From a virus (Duplodnaviria > Caudoviricetes): a DNA stretch of 37,499 nt. A program made the translations under genes and the position numbers. Below the pieces are notes generated by a model. It was not told where the DNA came from and ran no database searches. It saw nothing but the letters and a program-made list of their open reading frames with translations. Positions 19,137 to 27,698 of the stretch are shown here, piece after piece. The DNA is taken from positions 1 to 37,499 of IMG/VR virus record IMGVR_UViG_3300007562_000009; one strand, 5' to 3'. Position 1 is the stretch's first letter. Each line of letters starts with the position of its first letter.

Positions 19137-19909
19137 GACTCCTCTTTCAAGTTAAGTTTGAATGTTCCATTGCTAAGCATTCTTGCGATAGCGGAGTAGC
19201 CAACGATGTCCATCCACGTATCAATAACAGATTCGTTTTGTGGTTTGCTTCCACGCTTCTCAAGAGTTTTTAGTCTTGCGATCTTATCGCAAAGACGTAC
19301 TGCCAATCCGATGAGACCAAAACCTAAAATGTTTTGGTGACCATAATCTTTTTGTTTTCTTACAAGAAGGTTGGTCATGTCTTCAGTGTTCCATACACCA
19401 ACAGATTTAAGATGTGATGCAGCGAGTAAACCGAGATCGCCCATGTCCATCTCTGCTGCTTCTTCATAAATGGTGTCGTACACGAAGCCTGTGAGGTTCA
19501 ATACGAACTTGTCCAGTTCGTTGGTTTCTACTTTGCGTTTAGTAGAGAACGTGTCCATGCTCTTCAGTGTCGCTTCTGCTGCCTCGTCCCATGTGTCAAA
19601 CATGTCGTACCTTTCGTTGAGTGTTTTGTTTGTTGTGAGTAGTTGTCGTAGTTCTTCAATTGCTTTGTTAGCCAAACGCCATGCGTGAGGTTTGCTCACG
19701 CCAAGGCGTTCACCAAGTTTGCTGTACGGGATTCCTTCATAGAAGATTGCCTCGACACAGAACTTTGATTGCGGTGACAGCAACTCAATCGCATCCTGCA
19801 CTGCCTCAATGTGGGAAGTGTTATCGGATTCGATAATGTCGCCATGTTGTAGCAGCCAATCCATTTCTGTTACTGGTTTTGCTGCGAGCAGATCAGGGTT
19901 GAATGTCAT
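19133..19909 (-). CDS. Sigma70 region-4 HTH fused to DUF1599 (Nmad1, MazG-like helical) domain
   Basis: N-term AIELLSPQSKFCVEAIFYEGIPYSKLGERLGVSKPHAWRLANKAIEELR; C-term RKQKDYG..N...RLCDKIARL...ESVIDTWMDIVGY. Confidence 0.8.
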   Translation of the reverse strand: MTFNPDLLAAKPVTEMDWLLQHGDIIESDNTSHIEAVQDAIELLSPQSKFCVEAIFYEGIPYSKLGERLGVSKPHAWRLANKAIEELRQLLTTNKTLNERYDMFDTWDEAAEATLKSMDTFSTKRKVETNELDKFVLNLTGFVYDTIYEEAAEMDMGDLGLLAASHLKSVGVWNTEDMTNLLVRKQKDYGHQNILGFGLIGLAVRLCDKIARLKTLEKRGSKPQNESVIDTWMDIVGYSAIARMLSNGTFKLNLKEES

Positions 19910-20357
19910 GGCGAATCGGTTCTGTTGGGAAGTAGTCAATGTGTAGAGCAAAGTATGGTTTGTTGTTGTCAGGGAATCTGTCAACCTCACCGAATTTGTG
20001 GAATGCTTTGACCCAGTCTGCTAGTGGTGCGACCCAGTAGCGTTTCTTGCTTGAGTCCCAAATCCAAAGGTTGACTGGTCCTACTGCTTGCCATACTGAC
20101 ATTGATGTCAGTTTGTCAAAGCGTGTCTTCAGCAGACTGTCTCCTCTAGAAGCGCATCCCATGACTTCGTATAAGCCATCGGGGAGCATGTAGTCAGGTG
20201 CGTACCGCATGGTGTCACGCATGTTGCGTGTATCAAATGCTGGTCGCAACATCCCAAGCCTGTGGGCTGTGGGATGGACAGATTCAAATGCTGTCTCTGC
20301 TGTGTCACCCATCTGTTTGATGCGTGATGACCAAGGCTGGTTCTTGTAGTTGCTCAT
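19893..20357 (-). CDS. PD-(D/E)XK-fold nuclease-like protein
   Basis: MGDTAETAFE helix, PDY...YEVMG variant motif; ATGA coupling with RusA stop. Confidence 0.55.
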   Translation of the reverse strand: MSNYKNQPWSSRIKQMGDTAETAFESVHPTAHRLGMLRPAFDTRNMRDTMRYAPDYMLPDGLYEVMGCASRGDSLLKTRFDKLTSMSVWQAVGPVNLWIWDSSKKRYWVAPLADWVKAFHKFGEVDRFPDNNKPYFALHIDYFPTEPIRHDIQP

Positions 20358-20770
20358 GCTTTCACCGCCGTGATCTTGACGACTTGTGAGTCGTCCTTCC
20401 ATGCGACACCGTTCAAACCATCAAGGATGGTTTTAACGTAGTTGTCTATGTCGCCACGTAACGTTGTTTTGGAATCAAGGTCAACTCGTTCAACGATGAC
20501 TGCAGCACCATCTTTGTCAACGACAATGTGTACTGCTACTTCACCTTCAAACACTGGCCCATCCCATGCAGCAGCAATATCTTTTTCTGCTTTAACAGTT
20601 TTTGCTGCCGTGTACATGAACACTTTGCCAGCCTTTGTGACTGCTGCTCGTGGTCTGTCTTTCGGGTGTGGTCGTCCCTCTATGAAGATTGAATGTGACC
20701 GTATGCTCGAACCAGTAACTTCTCCAGTTCCAGTCGTCCCACTTCGCCTCGTATCAGATATTTTCCCCAT
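20354..20770 (-). CDS. rusA: RusA-like Holliday junction resolvase (true start probably near 20705)
   Basis: IEGRPHPKDRPR and GDIDNYVKTILDGLNGVAWKDDSQV motifs. Confidence 0.88.
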   Translation of the reverse strand: MGKISDTRRSGTTGTGEVTGSSIRSHSIFIEGRPHPKDRPRAAVTKAGKVFMYTAAKTVKAEKDIAAAWDGPVFEGEVAVHIVVDKDGAAVIVERVDLDSKTTLRGDIDNYVKTILDGLNGVAWKDDSQVVKITAVKA

Positions 20771-21576
20771 CTTAAATCAGCATCCTCCAAGATACTCATG
20801 GCATCCTCAGGATTGAGAGATGCTTTACGACATTCGTGTGCTAAATGCGTCAGCGTTGTTGATCTGTCACGTCCCTCAATAGGTCCATCTCTGAAGATGG
20901 CTCTACCTAGTGGTGTCAGTCGTCGTGCCGACTCTGCCATGTCATGTGAAGGTGCGCTGACAGTGTAGGTAACTGTCGGCTCTTTGTACATTGCAGCGAT
21001 TCGTGCAATGACATCTTGTGGTGTTCGTTGTTCAAGTGCTTGAGGTACGAACACTTCAATCGGGATCGGTTGTAGATCACGTGTGACCATGACACGTTCG
21101 TTCAAGCCACCTGAGTTCGGGTAGGGCAAACGTACGTAGTTACCGACTTGTCCAGTAGCAAGTTTCTCTTGCTTCGGGTTGACTTCTTTCGCTGGGAGTT
21201 CAATGACTTTGTGTGCAGCGAGGAACATGCGTCGCATCTGCGACGCTGGAATCAGGTTGTGAGTGAACACCCAAATGTGGTAGCCACGACGAGTCTTCTC
21301 TACCCACGACACAACACCTGCAGCCTCGAATGCGTCATGCAGAAGCCATGCTTCATCAGGATTGTCGTAGTCAATGTCAGTGCATCCCCACACGCAGTGG
21401 ATCTCTCCACCAACAGGGACTGATGGGTACACGCCAATGAATGGTCCTGAATCTAGATGGTTAGCAAAGTGTGATGGTGTCAACGTGGACTTTACGCATC
21501 CACCATCCCATGAACCATAGGCATCGCCACGTCCACGAAACAGTGCGATAAAACCACCGCAGATTGCTTCATCCAT
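20680..21576 (-). CDS. Archaeo-eukaryotic primase (AEP / primase-polymerase)
   Basis: LFRGRGDAYG, DID motif I, GYHIW motif II, GNYVRLPY, C-terminal helical domain with RS motif. Confidence 0.85.
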   Translation of the reverse strand: MDEAICGGFIALFRGRGDAYGSWDGGCVKSTLTPSHFANHLDSGPFIGVYPSVPVGGEIHCVWGCTDIDYDNPDEAWLLHDAFEAAGVVSWVEKTRRGYHIWVFTHNLIPASQMRRMFLAAHKVIELPAKEVNPKQEKLATGQVGNYVRLPYPNSGGLNERVMVTRDLQPIPIEVFVPQALEQRTPQDVIARIAAMYKEPTVTYTVSAPSHDMAESARRLTPLGRAIFRDGPIEGRDRSTTLTHLAHECRKASLNPEDAMSILEDADLRWGKYLIRGEVGRLELEKLLVRAYGHIQSS

Positions 21577-22612
21577 TTGCTGACTCTCTCAAGAACTGTG
21601 AAGGCAACTCGCCTTCACGCAGACGAGACAGACGACCCGAACCTTGTTCTATTTCAAAGTCAATGTCATCAATGAGACTTCCCGATGGACGCTTGTTCTT
21701 CACAAGGTTCAACGTGAGGGTGTGAGCGTGAATGCGTCCTTCGTAACGGAGGAAATCAAGTTGTTCCATCTGACGTTCCGACGCAGAAGACTTGTCCAGT
21801 TTGGCTTCAAGTTCACGGATCTGTGCATCAATTTCAAAACGCTTACGACGCACACCAATGATGTGTGTCGCTTGCTGTTCACCACCAAACGATCCTGATG
21901 AGATCGTCATCTTCTTACCTTCAGAACCTGACGTACGAGAAGTCTGATGAAGTACGAGAAGAGGAACATCGTGTCGTCGCCCCCATGCTTTAAGAGTGTT
22001 TGCTTTTGATGGCACATCTTCGCCACCACCTTGCAACAATTCGAGATAGTCAAATACGACAAGGTCAGGTTTCTGATTCCACATGTCGGACACTTCGGAC
22101 ATTGCTCGTTCCATATCGGACAGAGCCATTGGTTGATCTAAAACTGCAAGCGTTGGGAAGTGTTCGTTGGCTGTTTCTTTAAGTAAGTTGATTGCTGTTG
22201 GGTCATCTGCTGCGATCATTCGTTCCAAATCAATTGCGTTCACACCATGTGTGACGCAAGCAAGTTTGATAAGCACGAGTGTGCGAGGTTCATCAGGAAC
22301 AAAGTAGATGATGTTTTTGTTGCGATTCGCTTTAAGCATCTCAAGCAACGTCAACGTCTTACCGCTGTGGCTGTATCCAATGATCAATGCCATCTCGCCA
22401 GCAGCGATGCCACGCATCTCACGATCCAAGTCGTTGAATCCAGTGTAGATACGTTCATGTGGAGACTGCGCCCAGCGAACGAATTCGTCTGCTGCGTCTT
22501 CCAATGGTTTGTAGTACGTATGTGGCTTCTGTTCCACTGGTGTTGTGGGGAGAGGCGATTCCTCGCCTCTCCCCAACGCTTCCCAGCGTGCAGCCAAATC
22601 AATGGCTGACAT
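21569..22612 (-). CDS. DnaB-like (SF4/RecA-fold) replicative helicase
   Basis: TGFNDLD, Walker A GYSHSGKT, Walker B VVFDYLELL, HQ motif, VKNK. Confidence 0.88.
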   Translation of the reverse strand: MSAIDLAARWEALGRGEESPLPTTPVEQKPHTYYKPLEDAADEFVRWAQSPHERIYTGFNDLDREMRGIAAGEMALIIGYSHSGKTLTLLEMLKANRNKNIIYFVPDEPRTLVLIKLACVTHGVNAIDLERMIAADDPTAINLLKETANEHFPTLAVLDQPMALSDMERAMSEVSDMWNQKPDLVVFDYLELLQGGGEDVPSKANTLKAWGRRHDVPLLVLHQTSRTSGSEGKKMTISSGSFGGEQQATHIIGVRRKRFEIDAQIRELEAKLDKSSASERQMEQLDFLRYEGRIHAHTLTLNLVKNKRPSGSLIDDIDFEIEQGSGRLSRLREGELPSQFLRESANG

Positions 22613-23082
22613 CAGTTAGCACCTCGTGGTGGCCAAAATGCTGCAGGCTCTTGACCTTCAACTGCGTCTGCCTGCTTGAACCAAGGACGCTTCGTGCCAA
22701 CTGCTTGGTCACGATTGTCCCACACACGAGCCACGCCTGCCTTCTTGCATGCGGTGATCAACCAGTTAGGAAGATCGCCATGCTGCTTGCCTGCGACGAC
22801 AATCGAGCCACCAGTTTGTGGTTGTGGTGATGCAGCCTTGGTGAACGTGGGCTTAGGTGCTTCAACTGTTTCTTCAACAGTTGAGTTAGGGAATGTCTGC
22901 TGAAGCATTTCAACACCGTGATCGGTAGTGAAACCATGTGCATTGTTAAGGGCTTCGCTCACTGCGTCAAAAGCGATAAGCCACTCTGCAATGTTGCTCA
23001 TGGTGTTCGTGTCCTTCACGATCAGATCTGCAGCGATCTTTGCTGCAACCTGCGTGACGATGGATTGGTCTTTGCTGATCAT
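22612..23082 (-). CDS. Putative ssDNA-binding / annealing protein
   Basis: Lies between nuclease and helicase; C-terminal VWDNR...KRPWFK resembles the PDF ssDNA-binding motif. Confidence 0.5.
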   Translation of the reverse strand: MISKDQSIVTQVAAKIAADLIVKDTNTMSNIAEWLIAFDAVSEALNNAHGFTTDHGVEMLQQTFPNSTVEETVEAPKPTFTKAASPQPQTGGSIVVAGKQHGDLPNWLITACKKAGVARVWDNRDQAVGTKRPWFKQADAVEGQEPAAFWPPRGAN

Positions 23083-23906
23083 TTTTGTGATCCTTCCTGT
23101 GGTTGTATGTCTGATGAAGTTAACTTGCTTCCTTTACAGATTGACCAGTACGAGCACCAAGTCTGACTACACAAGTAGTGTGTGTCATTCTTAGTCCACG
23201 AGTCATCTGTTCCGATTAAGAGTGCCTGCCTAATGAAAGGTCGGACCATCTCTTTAAGCCAATCGGCATGGCTTTCGTTACGGTGAACAGACAGTATTTG
23301 TGCCGATCCACCACGAACTAAAACCCCATACTTGAATGTTGCTGGGTATTCCAACCATCCATTAGCGACTGCTGCTGCAGCGTACATGGTTGGTTGAACT
23401 GCTTGCGACTGCTTGTCACGTTGGTTGTATTTACGTGCTGCAGTTTTCCAGTCCCACACACCTGTGGTGGTGAGACAGTCCATTGTTCCTTTGCCGTAGA
23501 CAGTGATCTGCTCGTCACCGAGCATGAACTTGTCCAGTTCAAAATGGAATTCTTTTTCAACACCAACTACTTCGCCAACGTGGGGAAGAATGTTCTTGTC
23601 GAATTCTGTTACGAGTTCGTGTACGTAATCGTACAGTTGCTCGTTCGTGTACTTGACACGGTTGAAAGGTTCATCAAGGAGTCTGTTTAACTCTGCGAGT
23701 CCAACCTTGATGCCTTCACCCTTGCCTTCAAGGATGCTGGCGATGCCAGCATGGACTGCTGTGCCGAGGATGGTTGCATCGTTCGGCATGTTCCATTCTT
23801 CCCTGATCATTCCTTGACGACCACGTTCGTTGCACATGAGTGCGTCACCAATCCATGATTGGCGAACGTACACATCTGTACCGTGTTCACGCTTTTCAAT
23901 TCTCAT
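23079..23906 (-). CDS. Cas4/RecB-like PD-(D/E)XK exonuclease
   Basis: GTAVH, E...GTMD...DWKT, Q..MY; one N-terminal plus three C-terminal Cys (Fe-S staple). Confidence 0.88.
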   Translation of the reverse strand: MRIEKREHGTDVYVRQSWIGDALMCNERGRQGMIREEWNMPNDATILGTAVHAGIASILEGKGEGIKVGLAELNRLLDEPFNRVKYTNEQLYDYVHELVTEFDKNILPHVGEVVGVEKEFHFELDKFMLGDEQITVYGKGTMDCLTTTGVWDWKTAARKYNQRDKQSQAVQPTMYAAAAVANGWLEYPATFKYGVLVRGGSAQILSVHRNESHADWLKEMVRPFIRQALLIGTDDSWTKNDTHYLCSQTWCSYWSICKGSKLTSSDIQPQEGSQK

Positions 23907-24349
23907 TGCTGTTCTCCTTTATATTTTTGTACGAATAGGTTTGCTTGATACGGCGACATCGTCACCCCGAACTTGCATTTTGCATACACACGGATCGCAA
24001 CACTGGGGAAGCCCAATTGTACACGACCAACTATCTCATTGTGTTGTTCGTCAGTCATCTCGAATGGTGTCAACTTGCGACGTTGATTACGATCTGATTC
24101 TGTTAAACACGCTGTCTTCTTGATGATTGCGAACTCATCGTGGAACATGAGTTGCGCTGTCAAGAACTTGAATATCTTTGCGTCCGTCCAAGGGACGCAG
24201 AGATCTAGAAATTCTGCAATGTGTTCTCCTTGCCAACCGTTGACTGGGTCAACGAGAATCGGCGTTGGGGTCTTGACGACGACATCACAGAGACAGTCAA
24301 TGTCGTGTGCGTCGACACCGCAGGTGTACGTGGGTAATTGTCTTGGCAT
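23903..24349 (-). CDS. Hypothetical protein with N-terminal C/H cluster; first gene of replication operon
   Basis: SD AAGGAG; CGVDAHDIDCLC. Confidence 0.7.
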   Translation of the reverse strand: MPRQLPTYTCGVDAHDIDCLCDVVVKTPTPILVDPVNGWQGEHIAEFLDLCVPWTDAKIFKFLTAQLMFHDEFAIIKKTACLTESDRNQRRKLTPFEMTDEQHNEIVGRVQLGFPSVAIRVYAKCKFGVTMSPYQANLFVQKYKGEQQ

Positions 24350-24371
24350 TTTTTCTCCTTGTTTGTTTTGT

Positions 24372-24419
24372 TTACTGTATCAACCGAAGCCTTAGGGCTT
24401 CGGTTGATCTAGGACTAGT
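24372..24419 (-). repeat. Hairpin element A (ACTAGT-N3-AGATCAAC..GTTGATA-CAGTAA)
   Basis: 13-bp stem ATCAACCGAAGCC/GGCTTCGGTTGAT; flanks shared with element B at 31507. Confidence 0.7.
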
Positions 24420-24435
24420 GGCTCGCTCTGCTCGC

Positions 24436-24459
24436 AGTATAACGACGACGTGTCGTCGT
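24436..24459 (-). promoter_or_regulatory. Putative promoter of replication operon: -10 TATACT abutting an 18-bp palindrome
   Basis: ACGACGAC-GT-GTCGTCGT at 24442-24459; TATACT at 24441-24436 on - strand. Confidence 0.55.
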
Positions 24460-24466
24460 GCGGTGG

Positions 24467-24504
24467 AAACAAGTGTAGCCACACACTTTTGGTGTGTGGC
24501 TACA
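24467..24504 (-). terminator. Terminator of early operon
   Basis: 13-bp stem TGTAGCCACACAC/GTGTGTGGCTACA followed by CTTGTTT on - strand, right after stop at 24507. Confidence 0.7.
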
Positions 24505-24506
24505 TC

Positions 24507-24653
24507 TCACTTCTTATCTGTCTCTGTCATTGCTGGGTGACCAGTGTGTTTGCTGCATGTCGGCGCAGCCTTCAAAGGTAGATGTGTTGTTATCTTGCCT
24601 CCGCATTTGAGACACACCCAGCGTTTCAGATTGTCTGAATTAGAACGGCTCAT
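24507..24653 (-). CDS. Small zinc-ribbon protein
   Basis: WVCLKCG...PTCSKH; SD AAGGAG. Confidence 0.7.
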   Translation of the reverse strand: MSRSNSDNLKRWVCLKCGGKITTHLPLKAAPTCSKHTGHPAMTETDKK

Positions 24654-24921
24654 TTCCGAACTCCTTGAAGTGGATGAATCGCTGTTCAAGGCTCAGTGAC
24701 CAACATGCATCGTCGGCTAAGCCGACGATGCGATTGATCTCTGGAATGTCTTCAACAACTTCAGCGTCGTCATCATCAAACAATCTGTCGTAGCGAAGAA
24801 TGTCGCCAGTCCATGAAGAACCAAAGTCAATTGATTTCTCCATGAGAAGACCGTCCTCGTCAATCGTTATGTGAACGATTGGTGTGAATGTGACTGTGTA
24901 CCATTTCTTATTTGTTTCCAT
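24640..24921 (-). CDS. Acidic hypothetical protein
   Basis: 93 aa; SD GGAGG. Confidence 0.75.
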   Translation of the reverse strand: METNKKWYTVTFTPIVHITIDEDGLLMEKSIDFGSSWTGDILRYDRLFDDDDAEVVEDIPEINRIVGLADDACWSLSLEQRFIHFKEFGNEPF

Positions 24922-25121
24922 TATTCAACCTCCGTGATGATGTCTAGGACTTGTTGCTGGATTGCTACAAGAAGTTGCATGTCAACCTGCGATGCTTTCA
25001 ACAGGTTCTTGTTGTCGATGTGCTTGAACATTTTGTTTGACAGGTTGTCAATCGCAATGCCGAGCGTTTTATGAAGAGCCATTACTTCTTCTAGGGATAG
25101 GTTTAATGTTAATTCTTGCAT
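24921..25121 (-). CDS. Hypothetical protein (MQELTLNL...)
   Basis: SD AAGGA after AC-rich leader. Confidence 0.7.
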   Translation of the reverse strand: MQELTLNLSLEEVMALHKTLGIAIDNLSNKMFKHIDNKNLLKASQVDMQLLVAIQQQVLDIITEVE

Positions 25122-25154
25122 GTTGTTTCCTTCTGTTAGTTGGTGGATTGGTTT

Positions 25155-25180
25155 GGTGGGTGGCGCAAGCGCCACCCACC
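25155..25180 (-). other. GC-rich intergenic hairpin with CUUG tetraloop
   Basis: GGTGGGTGGCG-CTTG-CGCCACCCACC, no U-tract. Confidence 0.65.
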
Positions 25181-25189
25181 GATATTACA

Positions 25190-26200
25190 TCAGGCGAAGG
25201 CTGAGACAGCCTTAGCAGTGAGTGGGAAGTCGTCACGTAGCAGACGACGAATCGACGCAACGTCACGTGAATTATTACGGATCACCGAACGATGCTGTTC
25301 GTAACCCTGCACAGCCATGACAGCATCAAACGCAGTCTCGCCACGAGTCTTCTCATTCCACTCTGCAACGATTGCATCCCATGCAGTGTCATACATGGAC
25401 TGACTACGACCACTGTCCGTAGGACGTGAACCGATAACAGCAGGGATGACCTGCTGAGTCAGCGTGCGCTTAGTTGCATCAATATCTAGAAGACGATTGA
25501 TCTCAAGATCGAACTGATCAAACGATGTCATCATCTCTTCAAGAGACTTGATAGCAGACACAGCGATGTCGTTTGCATTGCGTGTGTGACGAATCATGAA
25601 CCCAGTCTGAGCATTCCAAGGAGTGAACGTGTTCTGACACACCCACAAGTTGTTCATGTACTTCACAGCAAGAGGGTACGAACCATCATGCGATGTATAC
25701 ACACCCATGTAGCGACTCATCGTGTCGCCATCCTTGCCAGTGTCGCCATCCTTACGGACGACCTTGACCATGTCACGGAACTCGATCACAAGGAACACAA
25801 CCTTGCCACCCCACAGTTCTACAGCAGAGACAGGGAACGCATCACCACGTGCCTTCATGATCACGTCCGTGTACTGACCGAGCAACTCGTTCTGTACCTC
25901 GCCGTACTTCTCTGAATGCATACCAAGGATGCGCTGCTTGTCGGTTCGGATGATTGCAGCGTACTGATCTGCGTCTTCCTGAAGGAGTCCTAACTCCTGA
26001 AGGGTGCGCTTCTCAACAGTCCAGTCAAGCCCTGCAGTAACAAGCAGGTCACGTCCTGTGCGAATGTCATCAGTGATTGGTGTCTTGATACCGACGACTT
26101 CACCTTTGTTGTTGCGTGACTCTCCGAGTCCATGCCAAGGCACTTCACGGAACGCTCCGCTTGTGACTCCACCGATAACACCGTTCTTGTCTTTACCCAT
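25190..26200 (-). CDS. DUF932 / TIGR03299-like phage-plasmid protein
   Basis: REVPWHGLG...AGLDWTVEK...Y..VQN...SHDGS...VCQNT...IRHT motifs. Confidence 0.88.
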   Translation of the reverse strand: MGKDKNGVIGGVTSGAFREVPWHGLGESRNNKGEVVGIKTPITDDIRTGRDLLVTAGLDWTVEKRTLQELGLLQEDADQYAAIIRTDKQRILGMHSEKYGEVQNELLGQYTDVIMKARGDAFPVSAVELWGGKVVFLVIEFRDMVKVVRKDGDTGKDGDTMSRYMGVYTSHDGSYPLAVKYMNNLWVCQNTFTPWNAQTGFMIRHTRNANDIAVSAIKSLEEMMTSFDQFDLEINRLLDIDATKRTLTQQVIPAVIGSRPTDSGRSQSMYDTAWDAIVAEWNEKTRGETAFDAVMAVQGYEQHRSVIRNNSRDVASIRRLLRDDFPLTAKAVSAFA

Positions 26201-26244
26201 GATAATTTCTCCTTTGTTTGTTGTTGGTTGATTTGACTTACTTT

Positions 26245-26256
26245 AAAACTATACAC
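26245..26256 (-). promoter_or_regulatory. Possible extended -10 promoter for DUF932 gene
   Basis: GTG-TATAGT on - strand about 50 nt upstream of ATG. Confidence 0.35.
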
Positions 26257-26277
26257 GTTAGAACTGAACATGCGGTG

Positions 26278-26424
26278 TTATATCACCCCCCTACTTCTGT
26301 TGAACTTGCGCATTGCTTGCAGTGTTTCATGAGCGCCGACACTCTTGCCGATCTCATAAGCACACCAAATAGCGCCGACAACAAGCAAGCAGGCGCATAA
26401 CAGGATGACGTAAACGATAATCAT
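26278..26424 (-). CDS. 48-aa single-pass membrane protein (MIIVYVILLCACLLVVGAIWCAYEIG...)
   Basis: Translated by hand; ATGA overlap with upstream stop. Confidence 0.7.
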   Translation of the reverse strand: MIIVYVILLCACLLVVGAIWCAYEIGKSVGAHETLQAMRKFNRSRGVI

Positions 26425-27098
26425 GATGACACCTTCGCAAACGCATCAGTAGCAGGGAACAACTCACGTTGCTTCATCAGATGTTTCAACCAAGACGCAC
26501 GAGTCTTGGTTGTGACGTTGGTGCGCATACCAATGCACTCATGGACGATGTCACGAGTCAGGATGGAGTCACCAGTACGATGGATGTAATCCATGCGGTA
26601 CACCGTGTACTGATCCAATAGGAAGTTGCGCTTACCAATAATGGTTTCTACTTCACTGAGTGATTCAAAGTAGTAGGACACTTCTTGTTCGTCCATCTTC
26701 TCTAACTCAGGTAAGCGTCCCTCAAACACATCATCGACAGGGAATGGGAAGAGACCACACTTGAATGTGCGACTATTACCTTCTGCATCTCTGCCATCAA
26801 GCATGATGAACTCACGCTCAACACCATCAAGCGTGTGCTTGACAGTCTCTGCAACGTCTTGCGAGTATGTCATGAGAGGTGAGAACATCTTCTCGTAGAA
26901 GCGGATGCGATGCCACATCTCTTCTGCTTCTTTCTCGTTGCGAATGTAACCAATAGCGACAGCCATAGTCACAAACACCATTGCTTTGTACTGTGGCTTG
27001 AGGTCAGAGTATTGCTCACCCCCCCAATGACTGTTGTACATCTGATTTAGATTCTCTGATGGGATATTTGTTTTTCTGAAGTCATAATCTAATGACAT
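26421..27098 (-). CDS. Hypothetical early protein
   Basis: 225 aa; strong SD AAGGAG. Confidence 0.8.
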   Translation of the reverse strand: MSLDYDFRKTNIPSENLNQMYNSHWGGEQYSDLKPQYKAMVFVTMAVAIGYIRNEKEAEEMWHRIRFYEKMFSPLMTYSQDVAETVKHTLDGVEREFIMLDGRDAEGNSRTFKCGLFPFPVDDVFEGRLPELEKMDEQEVSYYFESLSEVETIIGKRNFLLDQYTVYRMDYIHRTGDSILTRDIVHECIGMRTNVTTKTRASWLKHLMKQRELFPATDAFAKVSS

Positions 27099-27123
27099 GA
27101 TTTTCTCCTTTTGTTTGTTGTTG

Positions 27124-27363
27124 TTAGTTTAAATTTGTAAGACGTTCGTAAACACTTGACTCTGTATAACCATCTTTAACTGAGTATGCAGTCGCTACGT
27201 AACACTTGTCTTCGTAGTCATACCAAATGTTGATGTCATAACCCATGTGGGCAGTCCACCAATCATCACCTAACTCATTGCCATCAACAGTGTTGAATTG
27301 TTCTATAGCAAATTCAGTTAATAGATGACGCTCCTTTACGGTGAGCATTCTTCTTCCACTCAT
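27124..27363 (-). CDS. Hypothetical protein (…YDINIW…)
   Basis: SD GGAG, ATGA coupling. Confidence 0.7.
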   Translation of the reverse strand: MSGRRMLTVKERHLLTEFAIEQFNTVDGNELGDDWWTAHMGYDINIWYDYEDKCYVATAYSVKDGYTESSVYERLTNLN

Positions 27364-27602
27364 ATTGCTCTCCAGTTTAGATCTTCCCAAATACGGGTTT
27401 TAACTACACGAATGGTTTGTTCAATGCCAAAGATCTCCCAACGTAAAGTCTTAGGGATATCGTTGTTGCCATCGACACGAGAGATGGCAATGATCTGATT
27501 CCATAGATCACCTTCACGCTCCCAAGGGTTGAGTGCCTCAAGGCGCTTCAACTCTTTGTGCCTCTCTTTCAGGCTTGCTAATACTTCTTTTGGATCTACC
27601 AT
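27360..27602 (-). CDS. Hypothetical protein (MVDPKEV...)
   Basis: SD AAAGGA after CAA-rich leader. Confidence 0.7.
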   Translation of the reverse strand: MVDPKEVLASLKERHKELKRLEALNPWEREGDLWNQIIAISRVDGNNDIPKTLRWEIFGIEQTIRVVKTRIWEDLNWRAI

Positions 27603-27642
27603 GTCTGTTCCTTTCATGTTGTGTTGTGTTGGGTGAGTGTAA

Positions 27643-27668
27643 GGTGAGCGCACATGAGTGCGCCCACC
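27643..27668 (-). other. GC-rich intergenic hairpin
   Basis: GGUGGGCGCAC-UCAU-GUGCGCUCACC; G-U wobble favours the - strand RNA. Confidence 0.65.
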
Positions 27669-27677
27669 CGACACGAA

Positions 27678-27695
27678 TTAATACAGGTGTATTAA
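27678..27695. repeat. Early palindrome copy 1
   Basis: TTAATACA-GG-TGTATTAA. Confidence 0.85.
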
Positions 27696-27698
27696 ATC

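Noticed and set aside
19133-19909. Full phage sigma factor
   Set aside because: No region 2; only about 35 residues precede the region-4 helix
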